DNA of 32,000 nucleotides, from positions 1-32,000 of the forward strand of contig CAZMGY010000015.1 of assembly GCA_964565945.1 (NCBI GenBank). Reading direction: 5' to 3'. The notes beneath the pieces were generated by a model. That model saw only the letters and a list, made by a program, of their open reading frames with translations. It did no database searches and had not been told where the DNA came from. Within the stretch, counting starts at the first letter, position 1. Every line of letters begins with the position of its first letter. This DNA comes from an uncultured bacterium (lineage in GTDB: Bacteria; GCA-001730085). This document shows, in pieces, positions 18,509-25,889 of this stretch. The position numbers and the translations under genes were made by a program.

Positions 18509-19049
18509 AGAGAACCTCAAAAATAAGATATTGGGTTTGTTCAAAATGTTTGTGATTAAAGCTTAGGCGAACAAAACGTGGCCAGCGTTGCTTATAGGTC
18601 CATGTGCGCAACCAGGTTTGTGTATTGGGGTCAAAATAATCGACGTGAGCTTGTTGGACCTTTGTGAGCGTGTGTGTAAGCAGGGGTGAGGCTTCGGGCA
18701 AAGCGGGCTTAACCATCACTTCGATGGTTTTCCTGCCATTAAGAATCGCTATGAGGATATGTCTTTTGAAAAGGCCTTGGTTATTTTCTTGGATGCTTGT
18801 GAAGGTCAGTCGATCACTCTGCCCATAGAAAGCACTGCGTGGGTCAAGGTCGGAATAGTATAAGCTTTCGAGGTTGTTTTTTAACAGAGAGTGGAAGAAA
18901 AGTGTTGCTGTGATGAACTCTGTTCTTTCCGATGTTTTTCGGTAAGTGGCAAGAGCAATTGAAAAAAAACCGACCACGGCTGTGATCAATAGCGCACTGA
19001 TCGTAAAAGTGACAATCACTTCGATAAGAGTGACGCCTCGTTGATTCAT
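18492..19049 (-). CDS. gspJ: T2SS minor pseudopilin GspJ
   Basis: N-terminus MNQRGVTLIEVIVTFTISALL (prepilin motif with Glu+5). 185 aa. Position between gspI and gspK. ATGA overlap with gspI. Confidence 0.75.
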   Translation of the reverse strand: MNQRGVTLIEVIVTFTISALLITAVVGFFSIALATYRKTSERTEFITATLFFHSLLKNNLESLYYSDLDPRSAFYGQSDRLTFTSIQENNQGLFKRHILIAILNGRKTIEVMVKPALPEASPLLTHTLTKVQQAHVDYFDPNTQTWLRTWTYKQRWPRFVRLSFNHKHFEQTQYLIFEVLYDQII

Positions 19050-19378
19050 GTTGCTTGCTTTCCCTTGGGGTAAAAAACATTAACGACCATAAGGCCTTCA
19101 TCATTGGAATCAATGGAATACTTTATAAAATTTCCGTAGTGATGAATCGTGTTGATTTTTTTTGCAAAGGTATCTGTGTTTTCGGAAGAAGGTACAGAGG
19201 CTTCGGTTAAAAAGTAATTTTGAAAACGAATGAGCTTAAACAGGTAGGCTTGATTCTTTCGAATGCTTTGAGCATACATTGTGTAAAGCTGAAGTAGCAT
19301 TGTAAGAGCAACGACGGCAATGGTTAAGGCAACAAGGACTTCGACAAGTGTGAATCCTTTATGTGTTTTGAGGGGCAT
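19046..19378 (-). CDS. gspI: T2SS minor pseudopilin GspI
   Basis: MPLKTHKGFTLVEVLVALTIAVVAL prepilin N-terminus. About 110 aa, the typical GspI size and position. Confidence 0.75.
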   Translation of the reverse strand: MPLKTHKGFTLVEVLVALTIAVVALTMLLQLYTMYAQSIRKNQAYLFKLIRFQNYFLTEASVPSSENTDTFAKKINTIHHYGNFIKYSIDSNDEGLMVVNVFYPKGKQAT

Positions 19379-19838
19379 AGACGACTCCCTGTTGCGCATC
19401 GATGGTTAGAAGACAAGGTGTGTTTTTATGTAGAAGATAGAGCGTAATCGGGTAAAATGTTCCATCGCTGTGAATATCTAGGGAAAAAATATCGGTTTGA
19501 TCATCTGTTTGTTCGAGGTTCCTTTGCAGAAATGAGGGAATGGTTAAAGGCTCGCCAATATCTCCTTTGAGAGCATACCATTCATTAATGTGTGATTTTT
19601 CGATAATGACTTTTGAGAATTCGAAGTCAAATGTGATGCGGTAGGCCTGATGATACTGCAGCGCCGCATATTTGGCATAGTTGATGAGTTGTTCGGTTTG
19701 TTTGAGAAAACTTCTGAACCTATGTTTGTCTTGAGAGCGTCCCACTTGTGGAATAACGATCAATAGCAAGAAAGAAACAAGTGTGATGGTAACAATGAGT
19801 TCGATGAGTGTAAAACCCGAGAGTCTCCCTTTAGGCAT
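19359..19838 (-). CDS. gspH: T2SS minor pseudopilin GspH
   Basis: MPKGRLSGFTLIELIVTITLVSFL prepilin N-terminus. About 159 aa. Start ATG 19838 overlaps the gspG stop (ATGCCTAA). Confidence 0.75.
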   Translation of the reverse strand: MPKGRLSGFTLIELIVTITLVSFLLLIVIPQVGRSQDKHRFRSFLKQTEQLINYAKYAALQYHQAYRITFDFEFSKVIIEKSHINEWYALKGDIGEPLTIPSFLQRNLEQTDDQTDIFSLDIHSDGTFYPITLYLLHKNTPCLLTIDAQQGVVYAPQNT

Positions 19839-20280
19839 CTTTGAGAGATTTCCAACTGACAATATCCGTGTCAATTTGAGTGCCTCCAGCTAAACCATCG
19901 CGACCATAACTGAGGATGTCGTAGGATTTAGGATTTTCTTGTCCTGGTGAACGATAAACATAAGGGGTATTCCAAGGATCTAGAGGAACCTTTTTCTTGA
20001 GGTAGGGGCCGTCCCATGACTTAGGTTTAGGGTCGAGGACAGGTGGGGTGCGCAAAATTTCCAGGCCTTGTTCAGTGGTAGGATAACGATCGTTGTCAAG
20101 ATAATAGTTATCTAAAGATGCCGCAAAAATTTCAATTTGAGTTTGAGCGGCTATTTGCTTGGCTTTAGCAATGCGACCCACAATTTGCGGATAAGCGATG
20201 GCTCCAATAATAGAGATGATAACAATGACCACCATAAGTTCAACCAGTGTGAAACCTTTAGAACTTATGCCTTGTGCCAT
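19831..20280 (-). CDS. gspG: T2SS major pseudopilin GspG
   Basis: MAQGISSKG|FTLVELMVVIVIISIIGAIA leader and N-terminus. C-terminal DPWNTPYVYRSPG...YDILSYGRDGLAGG...DI..W is the canonical GspG signature. Start ATG 20280 with AAGGGGA SD. Confidence 0.9.
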   Translation of the reverse strand: MAQGISSKGFTLVELMVVIVIISIIGAIAYPQIVGRIAKAKQIAAQTQIEIFAASLDNYYLDNDRYPTTEQGLEILRTPPVLDPKPKSWDGPYLKKKVPLDPWNTPYVYRSPGQENPKSYDILSYGRDGLAGGTQIDTDIVSWKSLKDA

Positions 20281-20639
20281 TGTTTTAATCCCCTTACACG
20301 CCTTAGCTAGCGAACAATTCATGGACTCTGCTGACCAGGCCACAGGATCCATAACTACAGAGTCTCAAGCCTGATTCATTGTAGCACAAAATAAAAACGG
20401 CTTTCTAAGTCTTTTCTAAAATTAGAACTTTCAAATCCCCTTTCACTCCCATAATACTCGCTCAAAATAAGCAACTCCACATTTATACGACCTACCACGA
20501 CCCCAAATGCTCCCAAAGTCGCCAAATATTGGAACTGCTCCAACACAACAAAGTAGCAATATCCAATTAGTATAGAATCTCTCAAAACATTTGTCAGTCG
20601 AACAGCATCTGACTAAAAAGCTTATGCTACAATGAGTCA

Positions 20640-20897
20640 ATGAATGAGAAACGTATTATTTCTTTAGGCTACGTAGCAGCTTTAATGACAACACTAATGT
20701 TTGGATCTTATGTTGATCAAATACGCCTAAACATCAGTAGCATTAAAGGCTCCTCGCTGTTGCCCCTACTAACGATGGTTAGCACCGCCTTATGGATCGC
20801 CTATGCGTTGTTTAAATCAAAAAAAGATTGGCCCATTGCTATTTGCAACGTTGTGGGATTTGTTTTGGGACTTGCTACTTTTTTAACAAGCCTATAA
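20640..20897 (+). CDS. SemiSWEET-family (PQ-loop) small transporter
   Basis: 85 aa, three predicted TM helices. Aligns by eye to bacterial SemiSWEETs (LGYVAA.MTT..F...Q......S.......LW..Y......D.PI...N.VG), with DQ in place of the PQ motif. Confidence 0.65.
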   Translation: MNEKRIISLGYVAALMTTLMFGSYVDQIRLNISSIKGSSLLPLLTMVSTALWIAYALFKSKKDWPIAICNVVGFVLGLATFLTSL

Positions 20898-20924
20898 ACC
20901 TAATCGACAAATACGGAGTTCTTT

Positions 20925-21638
20925 GTGACAAGACACCAGATTCATTACTTACAACATGTTCCTTTTGAAGGCCTTGGTGCCATGCAAACATACTTTGACA
21001 GACATCAGATGCCCACCACTTCGACAAAGTTATATGATTCCAATGGTTTAAAGAAATTTCCATCTCTCAATGAATTTGATGTATTGGTTATTATGGGTGG
21101 CCCTATGAGTGTTCATGATGAATCTCTTCACTCTTGGTTAAAGCAAGAAAAACAATTTATACAATCATGCTTACATGCAAATAAACCAATCTTAGGCATT
21201 TGCTTAGGGGCCCAACTATTAGCTCAAGCCTTAGAAGCGCAAGTATCTAAAAATCTCTATCGAGAAATAGGCTGGTGGCCTTCACAAACAAGCAGAAATA
21301 TTAAAAAAACTGCTTTTGCAAAAGTATGGCCTAAAAAATTCCTAGCTTTTCACTGGCATGGAGAAACATTTTCTATACCTAAAGATGCTGAACATTTAGT
21401 GGAATCTCCAGCTTGCCTTCATCAAGGGTTCAGCCGTTTCAACCGTCAAATTGGCTTACAGTTTCACCTAGAGACGACCCTAGAATCGGCCCAACTGCTT
21501 GTGGAACATTGTTCGGATGAACTCGACAATTCCACTTATGTTCAAAGCATCGAAAAGATCTTACAATCATCTCATCATTTTGATGAACTCAACCTTTTTT
21601 TGTTTAAACTTTTAGACGAATGGCTTAAAAATATTTAA
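20925..21638 (+). CDS. Class I glutamine amidotransferase (GuaA-N-like, stand-alone)
   Basis: GTG start with GGAG SD. ILGICLGAQLLAQAL (nucleophile-elbow Cys), FHWHGETF and LQFHLE (His/Glu of the triad). Confidence 0.8.
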   Translation: MTRHQIHYLQHVPFEGLGAMQTYFDRHQMPTTSTKLYDSNGLKKFPSLNEFDVLVIMGGPMSVHDESLHSWLKQEKQFIQSCLHANKPILGICLGAQLLAQALEAQVSKNLYREIGWWPSQTSRNIKKTAFAKVWPKKFLAFHWHGETFSIPKDAEHLVESPACLHQGFSRFNRQIGLQFHLETTLESAQLLVEHCSDELDNSTYVQSIEKILQSSHHFDELNLFLFKLLDEWLKNI

Positions 21639-21673
21639 CTAATCCCGCATAAACACATAGGAGAAACAATACA

Positions 21674-22252
21674 ATGCAACACTGTATAATCAATGGTCTT
21701 CATTACGGTCCCCTGGCCAAGCTTGTCGGCTCTTGGTATGGCAATAAAGGCCTTGATGTCTCCCCAGAACCCCAAGAGCACAAAAAAACTGACTTTCATG
21801 AAAACCTTACATTTGAAGCCATCGGCTGCGTCACCAACGCCAAACAACAAACGCTGGCAGCACTCCGATACCACCAGGTTGTTATAAAAAATGTGGACAA
21901 CTGTGTGTTTCATAACGAAACAGGTTACTGGATGTGGGATTCGGATAGCCACACCATCATGCAATCCTTAACCATTCCACGTGGAGTCTGTGTTTTAGCT
22001 GGAGGGCATGTCGCTGAATCTTACCTCAAGCATAACACCGTTTCCTTAGAAGTGATCGCCAAAGATGGATCCACCGACTGGGGTATTTTGCAATCTCCCT
22101 TTATGCAAAACAATGCCAAAACCATTCAATTCACACATAGCATAAACGTGTCCGACACAGAACTTACCTATTCGGAAACTATGTTGATTGATATTTATGG
22201 GAAATCATTTGAACATAAAGACGGAAATACATTACATAAAACCAATATGTAA
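21674..22252 (+). CDS. Nitrobindin/THAP4-like heme-binding beta-barrel (DUF1794-type) protein
   Basis: GPLAKLVGSWYGNKGLDVSP...F.E.L.F......L.Y.......HNETGYWMW pattern, typical of the FABP-like nitrobindin family. AGGAGA SD. Confidence 0.55.
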   Translation: MQHCIINGLHYGPLAKLVGSWYGNKGLDVSPEPQEHKKTDFHENLTFEAIGCVTNAKQQTLAALRYHQVVIKNVDNCVFHNETGYWMWDSDSHTIMQSLTIPRGVCVLAGGHVAESYLKHNTVSLEVIAKDGSTDWGILQSPFMQNNAKTIQFTHSINVSDTELTYSETMLIDIYGKSFEHKDGNTLHKTNM

Positions 22253-22270
22253 GTTAGAATATATTTACTG

Positions 22271-22299
22271 TTGACAAAAAAGCAGTGCTTGATTACACT
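22271..22299 (+). promoter_or_regulatory. Sigma70-like promoter upstream of the SIR2-TPR gene
   Basis: TTGACA (22271-22276), 17 nt, TACACT (22294-22299). About 55 nt upstream of ATG 22359. Confidence 0.55.
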
Positions 22300-22320
22300 T
22301 AGCAAAGTGTCCATTTTTTT
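22295..22320 (+). terminator. Weak intrinsic-terminator-like hairpin plus T7 after the nitrobindin-like gene
   Basis: ACACTT (22295-22300), agca loop, AAGTGT (22305-22310), cca, TTTTTTT (22314-22320). Overlaps the proposed -10 element, so only transcripts coming from upstream could form it. Confidence 0.4.
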
Positions 22321-22358
22321 AAGAAAATTACAACAAAAACTTTAATGGCGACAACAAC

Positions 22359-24194
22359 ATGAATGAAGTGCAAAAACTTAAAGAGGAAGAATTAATATCA
22401 CGTATATCTAATGTCGACAATAATGTGCGTTTTAGTTTTTTTTTTGGTGCAGGTGCTTCGCTTCGTTCGGCTATTCCATTAGCGCAAAGCCTCTGCGAAA
22501 CTTGGATAAAGGAAATAGAGAAAGGCCCCTCCCCGAAGGCCGTCAAAGAAGAGTGGAAAAAGAACCCCTCTTCACTTTCTGTGTTTTATAGTGACATTTT
22601 TGAAACACGTTTTCGTGCAAACTTAGATTTAGGTGACAAATTTTTGCAGGAGCATATGGATAAGGCTAGCTCCAGTATTGGTTATTTGTTTTTAGCAGAG
22701 ATTTTAGCCCAAACTAAAAATAAAGTTGTAATAACCACCAATTTTGACACCCTGAGTGAAGATGCTTTATTTTATTTAAAAAATAAAAAACCCTTAGTGA
22801 TTGGCCATCCGTCACTAGCTGAACATTTAAAAACCACCGACTTAGATCGCCCAGTGATTATTAAACTACATCATGACTTTTTATTAAAACCTAAAAGTTT
22901 TGAGGAAGAGACAAAGAAATTAGCCCCAGAGTTTAAAGCAAAACTTGACCTTATTTTAGAAGCGACGCACTTAATCGTATTGGGATATAGTGGCAATGAT
23001 AACAGCGTTATGGATTACCTTAAAAACAACAAAAAAAGAAAACCTATTTATTGGTGTCGCCTTGCTAAAGATGCGTTATCAAAAAAAGTAGAGGAAACAT
23101 TAATAGAAAAAGACTTTATTGTAGAAATTAAAGATTTTGACCGTTTTATGTTGCTATTACGTGGAAAGTTTCCTGGGATTAAATCTTTAATTGATACAGA
23201 TAATCCTTCTGAAAGCCTTTTAATAACAGATGTAAACAATAAGGTTGAAAAATGTCTAAACCAATTAGAGAGATTATTCCAATCTAGTAATGAAAAAGAA
23301 GAACCTTCTTGGTCACAAGAAGAGAAGGACTCCATTAAAAAGCAAATACCCCCTTGGGGGATTTACGAATCACGGGTGAATGAAACAGAAAACAATGACA
23401 ACAAAAATGCAATCTATTTGGAGGGCTTGAACATATACCGTAAGAACCCCAAATTTCTTAACAATTATGCAAGATTTTTAGAAAATATTCGCAACAATTA
23501 TGACGAGGCAGAGAAATATTACAAAGAAGCCTTAGCCTTAGACTTAGACTTAGATCCGAATCATGCACTCATAACTTTCAATTATGCAGGATTTTTAGAA
23601 AATATTCGCAAAGATTATGACGAGGCAGAGAAATATTACAAAAAAGCCTTAGAAGTAATGCCCCATCACGCAACAATTAATCACAATTATGCAGAATTTT
23701 TAAAAAATATTCGCAACGATTATGACGAAGCAGAGAGATATTTCAAAAAAGCCTTAGAATTAGAGCCAAATAATGCACTCATGAATTCCAATTATGCAGG
23801 ATTTTTAGGAGGTATTCGCACCAATTGTGACGAAGCAGAGAAATATTTCAAAAAAGCCTTAAAATTAGGGCCAAATAAGGCACTCATAAATTCCCATTAT
23901 GCAGGATTTTTAGTACGTATTCGCAAAGATTATGACGAGGCAGAGAAATGTTTCCAAAAAGCCTTAAAATTAGAGCCAAATAATGCACTCATAACTTTCA
24001 ATTATGCAGAATTTTTAAAAAATATTTGCAACGATTATGCCAAGGCAGAGAAATATTTCCAAAAAGCCTTAAAATTAGAGCCAAATAATACACTCATGAA
24101 TTCCAATTATGCAAGATTTTTAGAAAATATTAGCAAAGATTATGCCAAGGCAGAGAAATATTTCAAAAAATCCTTAGAATTAGAGTCAAATTAA
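22359..24194 (+). CDS. SIR2_2-type (defence-like NADase/sirtuin-fold) domain fused to a 7-unit TPR array
   Basis: N-terminal FFFGAGASLRSAIP (aa 27-40), VITTNFDTL (N128), IIKLHHDF (H171) and LIVLGYSGNDNSVMDYL reproduce the SIR2_2/ThsA-type motif order (GAGxS...TTNYD...KLHG...GYSxxD). From about aa 345 to 611 there are TPR-like units NYAxFLxNIRxDYDEAEKYFKKALxLEPNNALxx. No Walker A motif anywhere in the protein. Confidence 0.8.
   Translation: MNEVQKLKEEELISRISNVDNNVRFSFFFGAGASLRSAIPLAQSLCETWIKEIEKGPSPKAVKEEWKKNPSSLSVFYSDIFETRFRANLDLGDKFLQEHMDKASSSIGYLFLAEILAQTKNKVVITTNFDTLSEDALFYLKNKKPLVIGHPSLAEHLKTTDLDRPVIIKLHHDFLLKPKSFEEETKKLAPEFKAKLDLILEATHLIVLGYSGNDNSVMDYLKNNKKRKPIYWCRLAKDALSKKVEETLIEKDFIVEIKDFDRFMLLLRGKFPGIKSLIDTDNPSESLLITDVNNKVEKCLNQLERLFQSSNEKEEPSWSQEEKDSIKKQIPPWGIYESRVNETENNDNKNAIYLEGLNIYRKNPKFLNNYARFLENIRNNYDEAEKYYKEALALDLDLDPNHALITFNYAGFLENIRKDYDEAEKYYKKALEVMPHHATINHNYAEFLKNIRNDYDEAERYFKKALELEPNNALMNSNYAGFLGGIRTNCDEAEKYFKKALKLGPNKALINSHYAGFLVRIRKDYDEAEKCFQKALKLEPNNALITFNYAEFLKNICNDYAKAEKYFQKALKLEPNNTLMNSNYARFLENISKDYAKAEKYFKKSLELESN
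23463..24191 (+). repeat. Seven in-frame tandem DNA repeats (1 x 117 bp, 5 x 105 bp, final truncated unit of about 87 bp) encoding the TPR array
   Basis: Unit starts at 23463, 23580, 23685, 23790, 23895, 24000 and 24105, each beginning (A/C)ATTATGCA. Units share long identical strings, e.g. GAGGCAGAGAAATATT(T/A)C(A)AAAAAGCCTTA(G/A)AATTAGAGCCAAATAATGCACTCAT. Confidence 0.9.
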
Positions 24195-24204
24195 AATTAT
24201 TAGA

Positions 24205-25347
24205 ATGAAACAAATAAAATTAAATAAACTTAAAATAGGAATAATCGGAGGAGGCCAACTGGGTCGTATGCTCGCGCTTAAAGCCAAAGAGTGGAATGTG
24301 AGCGCCTCTATTATGGCTCCCTCAAACTCGGCTTCTGCGCGCGCCGTCTGTGACCATTTTGAGCAAGGTTCCATTTATTCCCAAGAAGCTATTCTAAGCT
24401 TTGCCCAAGACCTCAACCACATCACCATCGAGTCCGACCATGTGAATGTGCAAGCCCTTGAATTGTTAGAACAACAAGGAAAGATTGTCATTCCATCGAG
24501 CCAAACGCTCAGAGTGATTCAAGACAAGGGCCAGCAAAGACAATTTTATGCTGATCACAAGTTGCCATCCCCACGTTTTGAATGTTTCGCTTCGCCTCAA
24601 GAACTCGCACAATCTCAATGGAACGCACCCTTTATTGTCAAAACGCGCACCGCGGGTTACGATGGCAAGGGTGTTTTTATCATCCATGATCAAAACACTA
24701 TCGCTCAATTGCCCAACATCCCCATTGTGGCCGAAGAATCTATTGATATCGTAAAAGAGTTCTCCATTATTGTTGTGCGCAATCAAGCAGGCGACATCGC
24801 CACGTATCCCGTTAGCGAATTAGCTGTTCATCCCGACACATTTATGCTTGACTACATGGTATCTCCAGCTAATATCGAAGACTCCATTGCAAACAAAGCC
24901 CAAACGATAGCTCGAGATTTAGCCACCAGTTTAAAGGTTGTAGGTTTGCTTGCAATCGAACTGTTTTTAGATCGTAACGATCAGCTATGGATCAATGAAT
25001 CTTCAGCACGCCCCCATAATAGCGGGCATTACACCATTGAAGGAGCAGTTACTTCGCAATATGAACAACATTTGCGCGCCATTTTTGATTTGCCTTTAGG
25101 CGACTGTCGTTCCACAGGTATTTCTGGAATGATTAACCTTTTAGGAGCCCCTGATGCCCAAGGGCAACCTCTGTATTGCGGTCTTGAAGATTGCCTAGAA
25201 TATCCCGATGTTCATGTTCATATCTATGGCAAGGCAGAGGTTTCACCGCATCGCAAGATGGGGCATATCACGGTGTTAAGAGATTCTTACATGCAATTAC
25301 AAGAAACTATTCAAACCCTTAAAAAGAAAGTGAGCGTGCAATCATGA
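24205..25347 (+). CDS. purK: N5-carboxyaminoimidazole ribonucleotide synthase
   Basis: IGIIGGGQLGRML N-terminus, ATP-grasp core (FIVKTR..GYDGKGV) and the NE...RPHNSGH motif. Confidence 0.93.
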   Translation: MKQIKLNKLKIGIIGGGQLGRMLALKAKEWNVSASIMAPSNSASARAVCDHFEQGSIYSQEAILSFAQDLNHITIESDHVNVQALELLEQQGKIVIPSSQTLRVIQDKGQQRQFYADHKLPSPRFECFASPQELAQSQWNAPFIVKTRTAGYDGKGVFIIHDQNTIAQLPNIPIVAEESIDIVKEFSIIVVRNQAGDIATYPVSELAVHPDTFMLDYMVSPANIEDSIANKAQTIARDLATSLKVVGLLAIELFLDRNDQLWINESSARPHNSGHYTIEGAVTSQYEQHLRAIFDLPLGDCRSTGISGMINLLGAPDAQGQPLYCGLEDCLEYPDVHVHIYGKAEVSPHRKMGHITVLRDSYMQLQETIQTLKKKVSVQS

Positions 25348-25889
25348 GTCTATCTACACAAGAACCCCTTGTTAGCATTGTCATGGGGTCAGACTCAGAC
25401 CTGCCTATCATGCAAGAAGCCGCTGTGTTTTTGGAAGAGCTCTCAATTCCTCATGAGGTCTCGATTGTCTCGGCCCATCGCACTCCCGAGCGATTGTTTA
25501 GCTATAGTCAAGATCTTAGCAATCGTTCCATCAAGGTCATCCTCGCCGGCGCAGGTGGTGCGGCTCATTTGCCTGGCATGATAGCTTCCCTCACGCCCCT
25601 ACCTGTGATTGGCGTGCCAATCCATAGCCGAATTTCTCTTGATGGATGGGACTCTGTTTTATCTATTTTACAAATGCCTCCAGGAATCCCCGTGGCCACG
25701 GTAGCCCTTAACGGAGCTAAAAATGCGGGTATATTGGCCGCTCAAATCTTAGGGACTTCTGATCCTTCCATTTTGGATCAGGTCACAACTTATAAACAAA
25801 ACTTAAACCAAGTAATCATGGATAAAATCCAGCATTTAGAACAAGACGGCTTTCGTAATTACCTCAAAAAGAAGGAAGATAAACTATGA
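25344..25889 (+). CDS. purE: N5-carboxyaminoimidazole ribonucleotide mutase (class I PurE)
   Basis: VSIVMGSDSDLPIM, SAHRTPERL, AGGAAHLPGM and PVIGVP motifs. ATGA overlap with purK. Confidence 0.93.
   Translation: MSLSTQEPLVSIVMGSDSDLPIMQEAAVFLEELSIPHEVSIVSAHRTPERLFSYSQDLSNRSIKVILAGAGGAAHLPGMIASLTPLPVIGVPIHSRISLDGWDSVLSILQMPPGIPVATVALNGAKNAGILAAQILGTSDPSILDQVTTYKQNLNQVIMDKIQHLEQDGFRNYLKKKEDKL

Noticed and set aside
20281-20352. 24-codon extension of gspG, and similar 5' extensions of gspH, gspI, gspK and pgi
   Set aside because: Prepilin leader peptides are short and the G|FTL(V/I)E motif fixes the start region. Internal ATGs with SD sequences give canonical lengths. The extensions would create long overlaps with the upstream genes.
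20353-20639. Small minus-strand ORFs (69 and 65 aa) in the gspG/SemiSWEET intergenic region
   Set aside because: Cys/Phe-rich implausible peptides with no SD. The region is better explained as a divergent promoter region.
23463-24191. Regular 105-bp periodic repeats that could be mistaken for a CRISPR array
   Set aside because: The units are contiguous with no unique spacers between them. They lie in one continuous reading frame and encode TPR motifs. The repeat length and AT-rich non-palindromic sequence do not fit CRISPR repeats, and there are no cas genes.
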